The translations under genes and the position numbers were made by a program. From the NCBI GenBank assembly GCA_027487395.1, contig JAIYDR010000384.1, positions 9,732 through 73,731 of the forward strand: a stretch of 64,000 bases of DNA, in the 5' to 3' direction. Of the stretch, positions 30,549-39,413 are shown in pieces (the first letter of the stretch is position 1; every line of letters begins with the position of its first letter). The notes below the pieces were generated by a model. The model was not told the DNA's origin, did no database searches, and saw nothing but the letters and a program-made list of their open reading frames with translations. The DNA comes from Rhodobacter sp. Its GTDB lineage: Bacteria > Pseudomonadota > Alphaproteobacteria > Rhodobacterales > Rhodobacteraceae.

Positions 30549-31583
30549 TTGACCAAGTCCCCCGTCATTGACCCCCGCCGCACCCTGACCCTGCGCGATG
30601 TGTCGGAAGCGTCGGGTGTCAGCGAAATGACGGTCAGCCGGGTGTTGCGCAACCGGGGCGATGTATCGGATGCAACGCGTGAGCGGGTTTTGGAAGCGGC
30701 GCGCACCTTGGGCTATGTCCCCAACAAGATCGCCGGGGCCTTGGCGTCGCAGCGGGTCAATCTGGTGGGCGTGGTGATCCCGTCACTCTCCAACATGGTC
30801 TTCCCCGAGGTTATGACGGGAATTTCCGAAACGCTCGAAGACACTGGCCTGCAACCCGTGGTGGGGGTCACGCATTATTCGCCCGAACGCGAAGAGTCGG
30901 TGATCTATGAGATGCTGTCTTGGCGGCCGTCAGGGATGATCGTCGCAGGGCTGGAGCACACTGACGCCGCCCGTGCGATGCTGGCGCAGGCCGGGATTCC
31001 GATTGTCGAGGTGATGGATATCGACGGCGCGGCGGTCGACAGCGCCGTGGGCATCTCGCACTATCGTGCCGGACGCCAGATGGCTGACGCGATCTTGGCC
31101 GCGGGCTATCGCCGGATCGCGTTCCTTGGCACGATGATGCCCAACGACCACCGCGCGCGCAAACGTCTGCAAGGCTTTGAAGAGGTGCTGTCGCGCACCG
31201 GTCTGGCGCTGGCGGATCGTGAGTTTTACTCGGGCGGTTCTGCCCTGCTGAAGGGGCGCGAGATGACGGCAGCGGTTTTGAACCGCAGCCCGGATGTGGA
31301 TTTCCTGTATTATTCCAACGATATGATCGGCGCAGGCGGGTTGTTGCACTGCTTGGATCGGGGTATCGACGTTCCGGGCAAAGTAGGCTTGGCGGGCTTT
31401 AACGGCGTCGAACTTTTGGACGGCCTGCCGCGCAAACTGGCTACGATGGATGCCTGCCGTCTGGAAATCGGTCGCCGCGCGGCAGAAATCATCGCCGCGA
31501 AACACCCCGATGGCATCATCGGCGGTGAGGTGATCGAACTTTTCCCCACCCTCCAACCCGGCGACACCATCCGCCGGGGCTGA
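30549..31583 (+). CDS. LacI family regulator, GntR (gluconate repressor)-like
   Basis: TLRDVSEASGVSEMTVSRVL HTH, LGYVPN hinge, IPSLSNMVF sugar-binding domain; TTG start. Confidence 0.93.
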   Translation: MTKSPVIDPRRTLTLRDVSEASGVSEMTVSRVLRNRGDVSDATRERVLEAARTLGYVPNKIAGALASQRVNLVGVVIPSLSNMVFPEVMTGISETLEDTGLQPVVGVTHYSPEREESVIYEMLSWRPSGMIVAGLEHTDAARAMLAQAGIPIVEVMDIDGAAVDSAVGISHYRAGRQMADAILAAGYRRIAFLGTMMPNDHRARKRLQGFEEVLSRTGLALADREFYSGGSALLKGREMTAAVLNRSPDVDFLYYSNDMIGAGGLLHCLDRGIDVPGKVGLAGFNGVELLDGLPRKLATMDACRLEIGRRAAEIIAAKHPDGIIGGEVIELFPTLQPGDTIRRG

Positions 31584-31584
31584 G

Positions 31585-33291
31585 TCAAGGCGCGGGCGCT
31601 TGCAGCGAGGCAGGCGGTTGACCCAAACCGCCGCCCAATCCGCTGGGCTGGCCCAGACCACCGCCTAATCCGCCCAAAGGTTGCAGCGCAGGCATTTCCA
31701 TCTTGATGGTGGTGGGATCAACCGGGGCATCTTTGTAATGCATGACCATCTGCGGGAAGGCGATCACCAGACCGACCATCACCACCTGAATCACCACAAA
31801 AGGCACAGCCCCCCAATAGATTTCACCCGTGGTGACGCCGTCGGTTTTCCTGCCCGTCACCTTGTCGAGATAGGGCGCTTTTGGTGCCACTGACCGCAGA
31901 TAGAACAGCGCAAAGCCAAAGGGCGGGTGCATGAAACTGGTCTGCATGTTCACGCCAAGGATGATGCCCAGCCAGATCAGATCGATCCCCAACACCTCGG
32001 CCGCCGGCACCAGAAGCGGGACGATGATGAAGGCCAGTTCAAAGAAATCGAGGAAGAAGGCCAGCAGGAATACAAGGATCGAGATAAAGATCAGGAAACC
32101 CGTCTCGCCCCCCGGCAGGCTGGTCAACAGATGCTCAACCCAGACATGGCCGTTCACGCCATAGAAGGTCAGCGAAAACACCCGCGCGCCCAACAGGATG
32201 AACATCACGAAGGCCGACAGGCGCGTTGTCGATGTCAGCGCCTGCGAGATGACGCTCATGGTCAGCCGCCCCTTCATCGCGGCAAGGATCAGCGCGCCGA
32301 CGGCCCCCATCGCGCCACCCTCAGTCGGGGTGGCGATGCCAAGGAAAATCGTCCCCAGAACAAGAAAGATCAGCGCCAAGGGCGGGATAAGCACGATGAT
32401 CACCTGCTGCGCCAGCCGCGACATCAGGTTTGTTTTCAACGTCCTGTCCAGAACGGCGGCGATGTAGATCACCACCACCCCCACCGTTGCGCCCAAGATA
32501 TCCGCATTCGCCCCTTGCGAGGCATAGAGCAACCGGTGCGCCACCAGTGTCGTCGCCACACAGACCAGCAAGGCCACGGCAAGTGAGGTAACGCCATGCC
32601 CCAAAGTCCGCGCCTCCAACGGCAAGGCGGGCATCGCATTGGGCCGCAGGATCGACATGGTGAAGATGTAGGCGCAATAAAGTCCCGTGAGAACGAGACC
32701 GGGGATCAGCGCGGCAGTGTACATGTCTCCCACCGAGCGGCCCAACTGATCGGCCAGCACGATCAGAACCAAGGACGGCGGGATGATCTGCGCAAGGGTG
32801 CCGCTGGCCGCAATGACGCCCGAAGCGATGCGGCGATCATACCCATAGCGCAGCATGATCGGCAGGCTGATCAGGCCCATGGCGATCACGCTTGCCGCCA
32901 CCACGCCCGTGGTCGCCGCCAAAAGCGCGCCGACAAAGATCACCGCATAGGCAAGACCACCCCGGATCGGTCCGAACAACTGGCCAATCGTGTCGAGCAA
33001 ATCCTCTGCCATTCCGGACCGTTCCAGCACGATCCCCATAAAGGTGAAGAAGGGGATGGCAAGTAACGTCTCATTCGACAACACCCCCCAGAACCGATTG
33101 GGCAGGGTGTTCAACAGCGGCCAATCCAGCGTGATGTTGCCACCTGACAGGGGGGCAAGTTCAACGCCGATGAAAAAGAACAACAGCCCATTCGCCGCCA
33201 GTGCAAAGGCCACCGGATAACCCAGCAACAAAAACACCACGAGGCTGGCAAACATGATCGGCGCCATGTTGATGGCAATGAATTCCATCAT
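31585..33291 (-). CDS. TRAP transporter large permease (DctM family)
   Basis: LLAIPFFTFMG, ASGTLAQIIPPS, ATPTEGGAMGA, HPPFGFALFYL. Confidence 0.93.
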   Translation of the reverse strand: MMEFIAINMAPIMFASLVVFLLLGYPVAFALAANGLLFFFIGVELAPLSGGNITLDWPLLNTLPNRFWGVLSNETLLAIPFFTFMGIVLERSGMAEDLLDTIGQLFGPIRGGLAYAVIFVGALLAATTGVVAASVIAMGLISLPIMLRYGYDRRIASGVIAASGTLAQIIPPSLVLIVLADQLGRSVGDMYTAALIPGLVLTGLYCAYIFTMSILRPNAMPALPLEARTLGHGVTSLAVALLVCVATTLVAHRLLYASQGANADILGATVGVVVIYIAAVLDRTLKTNLMSRLAQQVIIVLIPPLALIFLVLGTIFLGIATPTEGGAMGAVGALILAAMKGRLTMSVISQALTSTTRLSAFVMFILLGARVFSLTFYGVNGHVWVEHLLTSLPGGETGFLIFISILVFLLAFFLDFFELAFIIVPLLVPAAEVLGIDLIWLGIILGVNMQTSFMHPPFGFALFYLRSVAPKAPYLDKVTGRKTDGVTTGEIYWGAVPFVVIQVVMVGLVIAFPQMVMHYKDAPVDPTTIKMEMPALQPLGGLGGGLGQPSGLGGGLGQPPASLQAPAP

Positions 33292-33872
33292 TTGGCGATC
33301 TCCTTGACCAGCGCTTCGCCTTCCTTTTCCGCCGCCTCATGCGCCGAAAGGAACGGGTTGGGGTCAGGGATCACCCCGCGCATCACCGCGATTTTCTTGA
33401 TGATTTCGGACAGACCTTGCAGCGCCAGCAAAACGAAACCCACCAGAAGCAGTGCCTTGGCGGGCCAGATCACCAAACCGCCAGAGTTGGTCGACACCTC
33501 ACCATTGGCAAAGGACTGCGCCACATAGGGCACCAGATACCAAAGCATCAGCAGGCTAAAGGGCATCAGGAACACCAGATGGCCAAACAGGTCGATCCAG
33601 TGCTGCACCCGACGCGAGAACAAGCCGTAAACGATGTCGATGCGGATGTGTTCGTTCTGCCTCAGTGTATAGGCCGCAGCCAGCAGAAAGGCCGCGCCAA
33701 AAAGATACCACTGCAACTCTAGCCAGGCATTGGAGGACACGGAAAACACCTTGCGCACGACGGCATTCCCGGCGCTGACCAAAACCGCAATCAAGATCAG
33801 CCACGCCACCGCGCGCCCGATGACCTCGGTACAGCGGTCGATCAGACCGGACAGCGACAGCAATCCTCGCAT
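33288..33872 (-). CDS. TRAP transporter small permease (DctQ family)
   Basis: SNAWLELQWYLF and HIRIDIVY; start re-called at ATG 33872. Confidence 0.92.
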   Translation of the reverse strand: MRGLLSLSGLIDRCTEVIGRAVAWLILIAVLVSAGNAVVRKVFSVSSNAWLELQWYLFGAAFLLAAAYTLRQNEHIRIDIVYGLFSRRVQHWIDLFGHLVFLMPFSLLMLWYLVPYVAQSFANGEVSTNSGGLVIWPAKALLLVGFVLLALQGLSEIIKKIAVMRGVIPDPNPFLSAHEAAEKEGEALVKEIAK

Positions 33873-34111
33873 ATTCCCCCCGGTGCGTCTTTGCAGAGAC
33901 GGTTGATCCGCCGATGCCTTTTCACTCGGCAAAGGCTACGGCCCATCCGCCTTTCGCGTCAATCAAAAGGCGGGAAGCTGCAACGCAAAGTTGCGACACG
34001 GCAGCGCATATCGGGCCGCGACGGATCGTCCCGCGGGCCCTTCGCGCGCAACGAAGGGTTGCTTCGCCGGATCAAGGGTTTATCCTGAAACCATCCCCAA
34101 AGGACATTGCC

Positions 34112-36022
34112 ATGACCGTTTCGCACAGCCCTGCCGCGCCGCAAGCTGTCCCCGACCTTGGCCTTTGGTTGACCGCGCTGACGCTGGCGGGTCTGGCCGT
34201 CGCGGCGGTGGATCACCTCTTGATGCCGCTGCCCTATGCGTTGGGTCAGGCGGGTCTGGTGCTGGCCTTTCTGGCCGGGGGCGTGCCCTGTGCCATCTCG
34301 GCCCTGCGGGAATTGTGGCGCGACCATGTGCTGGACATTGACCTGTTGATGGTTGTCGCCGCCTGTGCTGCCGCTTGGGTGGGGGCGGCGCTTGAGGGTG
34401 CGGTGCTTTTGGGTCTGTTCAGCCTGTCCTCTACGCTGGAAGAGCGCGCCCTCGGCCGCGCCCGTCGCGCGGTTGAGGCTTTGATGGCCCTGCGCCCTGA
34501 CAGTACCCTGCGCCGCAATGCGGACGGCACGGTGTCAGAAGTTCCGGTTGATCGCCTGATGCCCGGCGACATGGTGATCCTGCGCCCCGGCGCGCGGGTA
34601 CCGGTTGATGGCCGTCTGGCCGAAGGTTCGGGGGCACTGGACGAATCCACCATCACCGGAGAATCCGTGCCGGTAAGGAAATCCCCCGGCGCGGCGCTGC
34701 ATGAGGCGACGGTGAACCTGCACGCGGTTTTGGTGATGCAGGTGACAAAGACTGTTGGCGAAAGCACCGTCGCGCGCATGATCGCGCTGGTAACTGAGGC
34801 GCAGGCGATGAAGGCCCCGTCCGAGCGGTTCTCGGACTGGTTCGGACAGCGTTACACGGTGGCGGTGCTGCTGGGGTCGATCATTGCCTTTGTCGTGCTG
34901 TTGCAACTGGGGTGGTCGCAGGAAGATGCGATGTATCGCGCAGCGACCTTGCTGGTCGCGGCCAGTCCTTGTGCTGTGGTGATCTCTGTCCCTGCCGCCA
35001 TCCTGTCGGCCTTGTCGGCAGCAGCGCGGGGTGGCGTGCTGTTCAAGGGCGGTGCCGCGCTGGAACGGTTGGCAGCGGTCCGCATCTTCGCCTTTGACAA
35101 GACCGGCACCCTGACCAATGGCCGGGCCGAGGTCACGCGCGTCGTGACACCGGGGGATGAGGCCGCGTTCCTGTCCCTGCTTGGCGGGCTAGAGGCGCAT
35201 TCCGAACACCACATCGCCACCGCCATCGCGGCGGAACTGTCGCGGCGCGGCTTGACCGCCCTGCCTGTGGCAGATGTGGCGACAATCCCAAGCGAAGGCA
35301 TCACGGGCGAGGACACCCAAGGCCATGTCTGGGCAGGCAATCCGCGAATGGCAGCGCGGATGGGGGCGGATTTGTCGGACCCGCTTTATGCTGGAGTGCA
35401 GGATGGGGCGGAAACCGTGATCTGGTTGGGCCGGGGCGCGCAGATCCTGGGCGCGGTCACCGTCGCCGATCAACCGCGCGAAACCTCGCGCGCAGGGATC
35501 GCGGCGCTGCGTCAAGGTGGCGTCGCGCAGGTGGTGATGATGACCGGGGACCGCCGCGCCGTGGCGGAACGCATCGGCGCGGCACTGGGTCTTTCCCCGC
35601 AGGACATCCATGCCGATATGCTGCCCGAAGACAAGGTGCGCCTGTTGGACCGTTTGGCCAGTCAGGCCCCGGTGGCCTATGTCGGCGACGGGGTGAACGA
35701 TGCCGCCGCACTGGCGCGGGCGGATGTCGGCATTGCGATGGGTGCTGCGGGCAGTGAGGTCGCTTTGCAAGCGGCAGAGGTGGCGCTCTTGTCCGACAAC
35801 ATGTCCCGCCTTGCCGCTGCACAGCGCCTGTCGCGGCGCACCGCCGTGATCATCCGGCAAAACCTGATCTTTGCGCTTGGTGCGATGGTGGTCTTGGTGA
35901 CCGGCGGGCTGTTTTTTGAACTGCCCTTGCCGCTGGCCGTCTTGGGGCATGAGGGCGGGACGGTCCTGGTCGTTCTGAACGGTCTCCGCCTGTTGGTCGA
36001 TCCGATCCGCCACCCTACTTAG
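34112..36022 (+). CDS. Heavy-metal P-type ATPase, P1B-4 subclass
   Basis: TGES, SPC in the TM, DKTGT, GDGVND, HEGGT; no N-terminal metal-binding domain; AAGGA RBS before ATG 34112. Confidence 0.92.
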   Translation: MTVSHSPAAPQAVPDLGLWLTALTLAGLAVAAVDHLLMPLPYALGQAGLVLAFLAGGVPCAISALRELWRDHVLDIDLLMVVAACAAAWVGAALEGAVLLGLFSLSSTLEERALGRARRAVEALMALRPDSTLRRNADGTVSEVPVDRLMPGDMVILRPGARVPVDGRLAEGSGALDESTITGESVPVRKSPGAALHEATVNLHAVLVMQVTKTVGESTVARMIALVTEAQAMKAPSERFSDWFGQRYTVAVLLGSIIAFVVLLQLGWSQEDAMYRAATLLVAASPCAVVISVPAAILSALSAAARGGVLFKGGAALERLAAVRIFAFDKTGTLTNGRAEVTRVVTPGDEAAFLSLLGGLEAHSEHHIATAIAAELSRRGLTALPVADVATIPSEGITGEDTQGHVWAGNPRMAARMGADLSDPLYAGVQDGAETVIWLGRGAQILGAVTVADQPRETSRAGIAALRQGGVAQVVMMTGDRRAVAERIGAALGLSPQDIHADMLPEDKVRLLDRLASQAPVAYVGDGVNDAAALARADVGIAMGAAGSEVALQAAEVALLSDNMSRLAAAQRLSRRTAVIIRQNLIFALGAMVVLVTGGLFFELPLPLAVLGHEGGTVLVVLNGLRLLVDPIRHPT

Positions 36023-36078
36023 CCAAGTCCGCTTGACCACCCGCGCTGCGCGCTTTCACAGTGGCGCGGGGGGTGTGC

Positions 36079-37425
36079 ATGGACTTTTCTGATCAGATCA
36101 TGACGGGCGAAAAAGCGGTGGCCGAAGGCCGCGCCGATGCCGCGATAGCGGTGGCCGAAGCGCTTTATGCGGCGGGCTGCACCGAGGTGTCGGTCTTCAC
36201 CTTCCACGCCCGTGCTCTGGACCTTTTGACCCGTCCGCTGGCTGCGCTGGCCGTGTTGGGGGACGGTCTGGCCACACATCCCCAATCCGGCCGTTTGCGG
36301 GTCGAACGCGGCAAAATCCTTCTCCGCCAAGGCGAAGCAACACAGGCCGAAGCGGCGTTTGACGATGCCCTGACCGTTGATCCCCGGCAGATGGAGGCGG
36401 TAAAGGGCATCCTCTTGGTGCGCCCCATGCCCTTGGACGATCCCCGTCTTGCGCTGGTGACAGCCGCCGCCGCCGAGACGGACCGCCCTGCAAGCAAACG
36501 TGCGAAGGCCTTCTATATCCTTGGGCAAATCTGGCTCGAGGCGGGTTTGCCCGATCAGGCCATGGACCATTACCACCGCGCCAATGCGTTGATGGCGGCT
36601 GGCCATGATCCCGCCGCGCTGGAATACCGCTTTGCCAGCGGGGCTTTTGACATAACCCGCGCCGTGCTGGCCGATCATGCTCGCCGCGTGGCACTGACCC
36701 CGCGTTGCCCTGCCGTTCTGATTGCGGGCTTGCCCCGGTCCGGAAAAACGCTAGCCGAGAAGCTGTTGAACCGCAGTGGCGGGGTGCATGCGGGTGGGGA
36801 ACTTGCCCTGCTGAGCCGTTATTCGCGTGAGTTGGATTGGTCGCAGGGTGGCGTGGCAGTGGTGGCGGGGTTGTCCGGGTTGACGCAATCCCCCCTCGCC
36901 CGTCGCTATACGGCGACGGCAGAGGGGCGGCGCTTTGTCACCGACACTTCGCCGCCCACGTTGTTTCGATTGGGGGTGATGGCGGCGCTGCACCCGGATG
37001 TGCCCATCGTGCTGTGCCACCGTGATCCGCTGGACCTTGCGGCCGCGATGTATGTCAAGCAATTCCGGCGCGGCAATCTCTTCACCACGCGGTTGGACAC
37101 CCTTGGACGGGCCATCGCGCGCGCCGAGCGGATGATGGCGCATTGGCTGGAGGTGCTGCCCAACCCCGTGCTGCATCTGGCCTATGAAGAGACCGCCCGC
37201 CGCCCCGACGCCACCGCAGGCCGTCTGGCTGCGCTGGTCGGTCTGCCGCCGCCACCGCCGGCCAAAGCACCCGCCCCCAAGCGTCTGCATCCCGCCCGCG
37301 CCAGCGATGGGCCCCCCGGCCCTGCGCTGATCGGTTTTGCCCGGCCTTTGGCCCGACATTTTGGCTTGGCCATGGCCGCTTATCACGCCGAACGAGAGCG
37401 TCTTTCGCGTACACGCCCACGCTGA
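36079..37425 (+). CDS. TPR-repeat sulfotransferase-family protein
   Basis: TPR-like helical N-terminus; IAGLPRSGKTL PAPS-binding-like loop; HRDPLD. Confidence 0.8.
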   Translation: MDFSDQIMTGEKAVAEGRADAAIAVAEALYAAGCTEVSVFTFHARALDLLTRPLAALAVLGDGLATHPQSGRLRVERGKILLRQGEATQAEAAFDDALTVDPRQMEAVKGILLVRPMPLDDPRLALVTAAAAETDRPASKRAKAFYILGQIWLEAGLPDQAMDHYHRANALMAAGHDPAALEYRFASGAFDITRAVLADHARRVALTPRCPAVLIAGLPRSGKTLAEKLLNRSGGVHAGGELALLSRYSRELDWSQGGVAVVAGLSGLTQSPLARRYTATAEGRRFVTDTSPPTLFRLGVMAALHPDVPIVLCHRDPLDLAAAMYVKQFRRGNLFTTRLDTLGRAIARAERMMAHWLEVLPNPVLHLAYEETARRPDATAGRLAALVGLPPPPPAKAPAPKRLHPARASDGPPGPALIGFARPLARHFGLAMAAYHAERERLSRTRPR

Positions 37426-37513
37426 TTCGCTGCAAGGTTGTGCGATTTGCGTAACTTTGCCTATAAATCTGGGCAAAACACCTCGGCTTCCGGTGCAAAT
37501 GGTCAGGTTTGTC

Positions 37514-37559
37514 TTGACGGATCGAAACGAGCGTCTATGTGCTGAATGAACGTTCATTC
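37514..37559 (+). promoter_or_regulatory. Promoter and TetR operator of the efflux operon
   Basis: TTGACG-N16-TATGTG, then the perfect palindrome GAATGAACGTTCATTC (37544-37559). Confidence 0.75.
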
Positions 37560-37587
37560 TCGCACCTCCCCTTGTCCCGGATCCTTC

Positions 37588-38205
37588 ATGACCGCGCCTG
37601 CCGCACTTTCCCATGCTTCTGACACCCGCAGTGTCGAAATCCTTGACCGCGTGCGCCTTGCGTTTGCGGAAAAGGGGTTTGACGGCGCATCGATGCAGGA
37701 CCTTGCCCGCGCGGCGGGGATGAGTGTCGGCAACTTCTACCGCTATTTCCCCAGCAAAGCCGCTATTGTCGAAGGTTTGATCCACCGCGATTTGGCGGAG
37801 ATCGAAGCCACCTTTGCCGCTGTGATGGGCTCGCCCGATCCACTGGCCGCGCTGCGGGCCATCCTTGCGGAACGGGTGAACGAAGATTGCGCGGCCGATG
37901 GGCAAATCTGGGCCGAAATCACCGCTGCGGCGCTGCGGAAACCCGAAATCGGGGCCGTCGCGCAAAAGATGGAAGATGAAATCGCGGGCTATATGATGGC
38001 CGTCTTTGCCCGCATCACCGGCCTGACTGTGGCCGAGGCCCATAGCCGCTTTCGCGCGCAGGCGACCTTGATCGTCATGTTGGTCAAGGCCGCCGCGATG
38101 CAACCCGCCCAAGAACCAGAGACGCGCGGTAATCTGTCCGCGCTTATCCTTCGTACAATAGACCGAACGCTTGGCGAAGTCGTCGCAAGCGCCCTGAAAG
38201 GCTGA
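37588..38205 (+). CDS. TetR/AcrR family regulator
   Basis: FAEKGFDGASMQDLARAAGMSVGNFYRYFPSK HTH. Confidence 0.94.
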   Translation: MTAPAALSHASDTRSVEILDRVRLAFAEKGFDGASMQDLARAAGMSVGNFYRYFPSKAAIVEGLIHRDLAEIEATFAAVMGSPDPLAALRAILAERVNEDCAADGQIWAEITAAALRKPEIGAVAQKMEDEIAGYMMAVFARITGLTVAEAHSRFRAQATLIVMLVKAAAMQPAQEPETRGNLSALILRTIDRTLGEVVASALKG

Positions 38206-38214
38206 ACACACATC

Positions 38215-39402
38215 ATGCGTTTTCCTCTGTTTGCTCCCGCGCTGTTCGCGGCCTTCGCCTTTCCGGTCTTGCCGGTTCATGCCGAAGGCGCGACCGAAGC
38301 CGCTGTACCGGCGGTGACGGAAACCTTGCCTGCGATTTCGGTCTCAACGGTTGAAACGCGGCTGCTGCGAGACCGTGTCATCGCCTCTGGTCTGGTCTCG
38401 CCGGTGGAGCGTATCCTTGTCGCCCCCTTGATCGAAGGCCAACCCATCGAGTCGCTTGAGGCGGATGTGGGCGATTTCGTGAAAGCCGGTCAAGTTCTGG
38501 CCCGTCTGTCGCGCACCACGCTGGAATTGCAGAAAACCCAAGTTGCGGCGTCGCGCGCCTCGGCACGGGCGACAATCGCCCAGATCGAAGCGCAACTGAT
38601 CGAAGCCCGCTCCAGCGCGGATGAGGCTGCACGCGTCTCAACCCGCACCGCCGCGCTGCAAAAGCAGGGCAGCGCGTCGAAGGCAGCCTCTGATACGGCC
38701 AATGCCAATGCCATCGCCGCCTCTGCCCGTGTGACCGCCGCGACGCAGACGCTGGAAGCCGCCCGCGCGCAATTGGAATTGGCCGAAGCGCAGATGGCCA
38801 ACATTGATCTGCAAGTCGAGCGCGCCGATGTGAAAGCCCCGGTGGCCGGAGAGATCATCGCGCGGAACGCGGTCATCGGTGCTGTCGCCACGGCCCAAGG
38901 TGAACCGATGTTTCAGATGATCAAGGATGGCGCGCTAGAGTTGACGGTCGAATTGGCCGAGGTTGACCTGCCTCGCCTTGCCGCAGGTCAGACCGTAAGC
39001 ATGCGCTCGGTCGGGTTGACAGAGCCTCTGACCGGCGCCGTTCGGTTGGTGGAACCTACCATCGACACCGCCACCCGCCTTGGCCGCGCCCGGATCAGCA
39101 TTGATGGCGACGATGCCGTGCGGTCTGGCATGTTCATGGATGCCGAGATCCTGATTGCCGAACGCGATGCGCTGGCGGTTCCTGTCACCGCCATTGGCAG
39201 ATCTGCCGAAGGCAGCACAGTGATGAAGGTCTCGGATGGCGTGGTCAGCCGTGTTTCGGTCAAGACCGGCATCCGCGATGGCGGCTGGATTGAGGTGCTG
39301 GAGGGCATCAGCCCCGGCGACACCATCGTTGCAAAGGCGGGGGCCTTTGTCCGTGACGGCGACCGGATCAACCCGGTCCCCTTTGAACCCGCCGTGAACT
39401 GA
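38215..39402 (+). CDS. RND efflux periplasmic adaptor (MFP)
   Basis: Signal peptide, VGDFVKAGQVLARL lipoyl half, coiled hairpin, VKAPVAG. Confidence 0.93.
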   Translation: MRFPLFAPALFAAFAFPVLPVHAEGATEAAVPAVTETLPAISVSTVETRLLRDRVIASGLVSPVERILVAPLIEGQPIESLEADVGDFVKAGQVLARLSRTTLELQKTQVAASRASARATIAQIEAQLIEARSSADEAARVSTRTAALQKQGSASKAASDTANANAIAASARVTAATQTLEAARAQLELAEAQMANIDLQVERADVKAPVAGEIIARNAVIGAVATAQGEPMFQMIKDGALELTVELAEVDLPRLAAGQTVSMRSVGLTEPLTGAVRLVEPTIDTATRLGRARISIDGDDAVRSGMFMDAEILIAERDALAVPVTAIGRSAEGSTVMKVSDGVVSRVSVKTGIRDGGWIEVLEGISPGDTIVAKAGAFVRDGDRINPVPFEPAVN

Positions 39403-39413
39403 GGGGCAGCGCC

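Noticed and set aside
31600..31690. GLGGGLGQP duplication at the DctM C-terminus
   Set aside because: Short low-complexity tail duplication with no evidence of a separate function.
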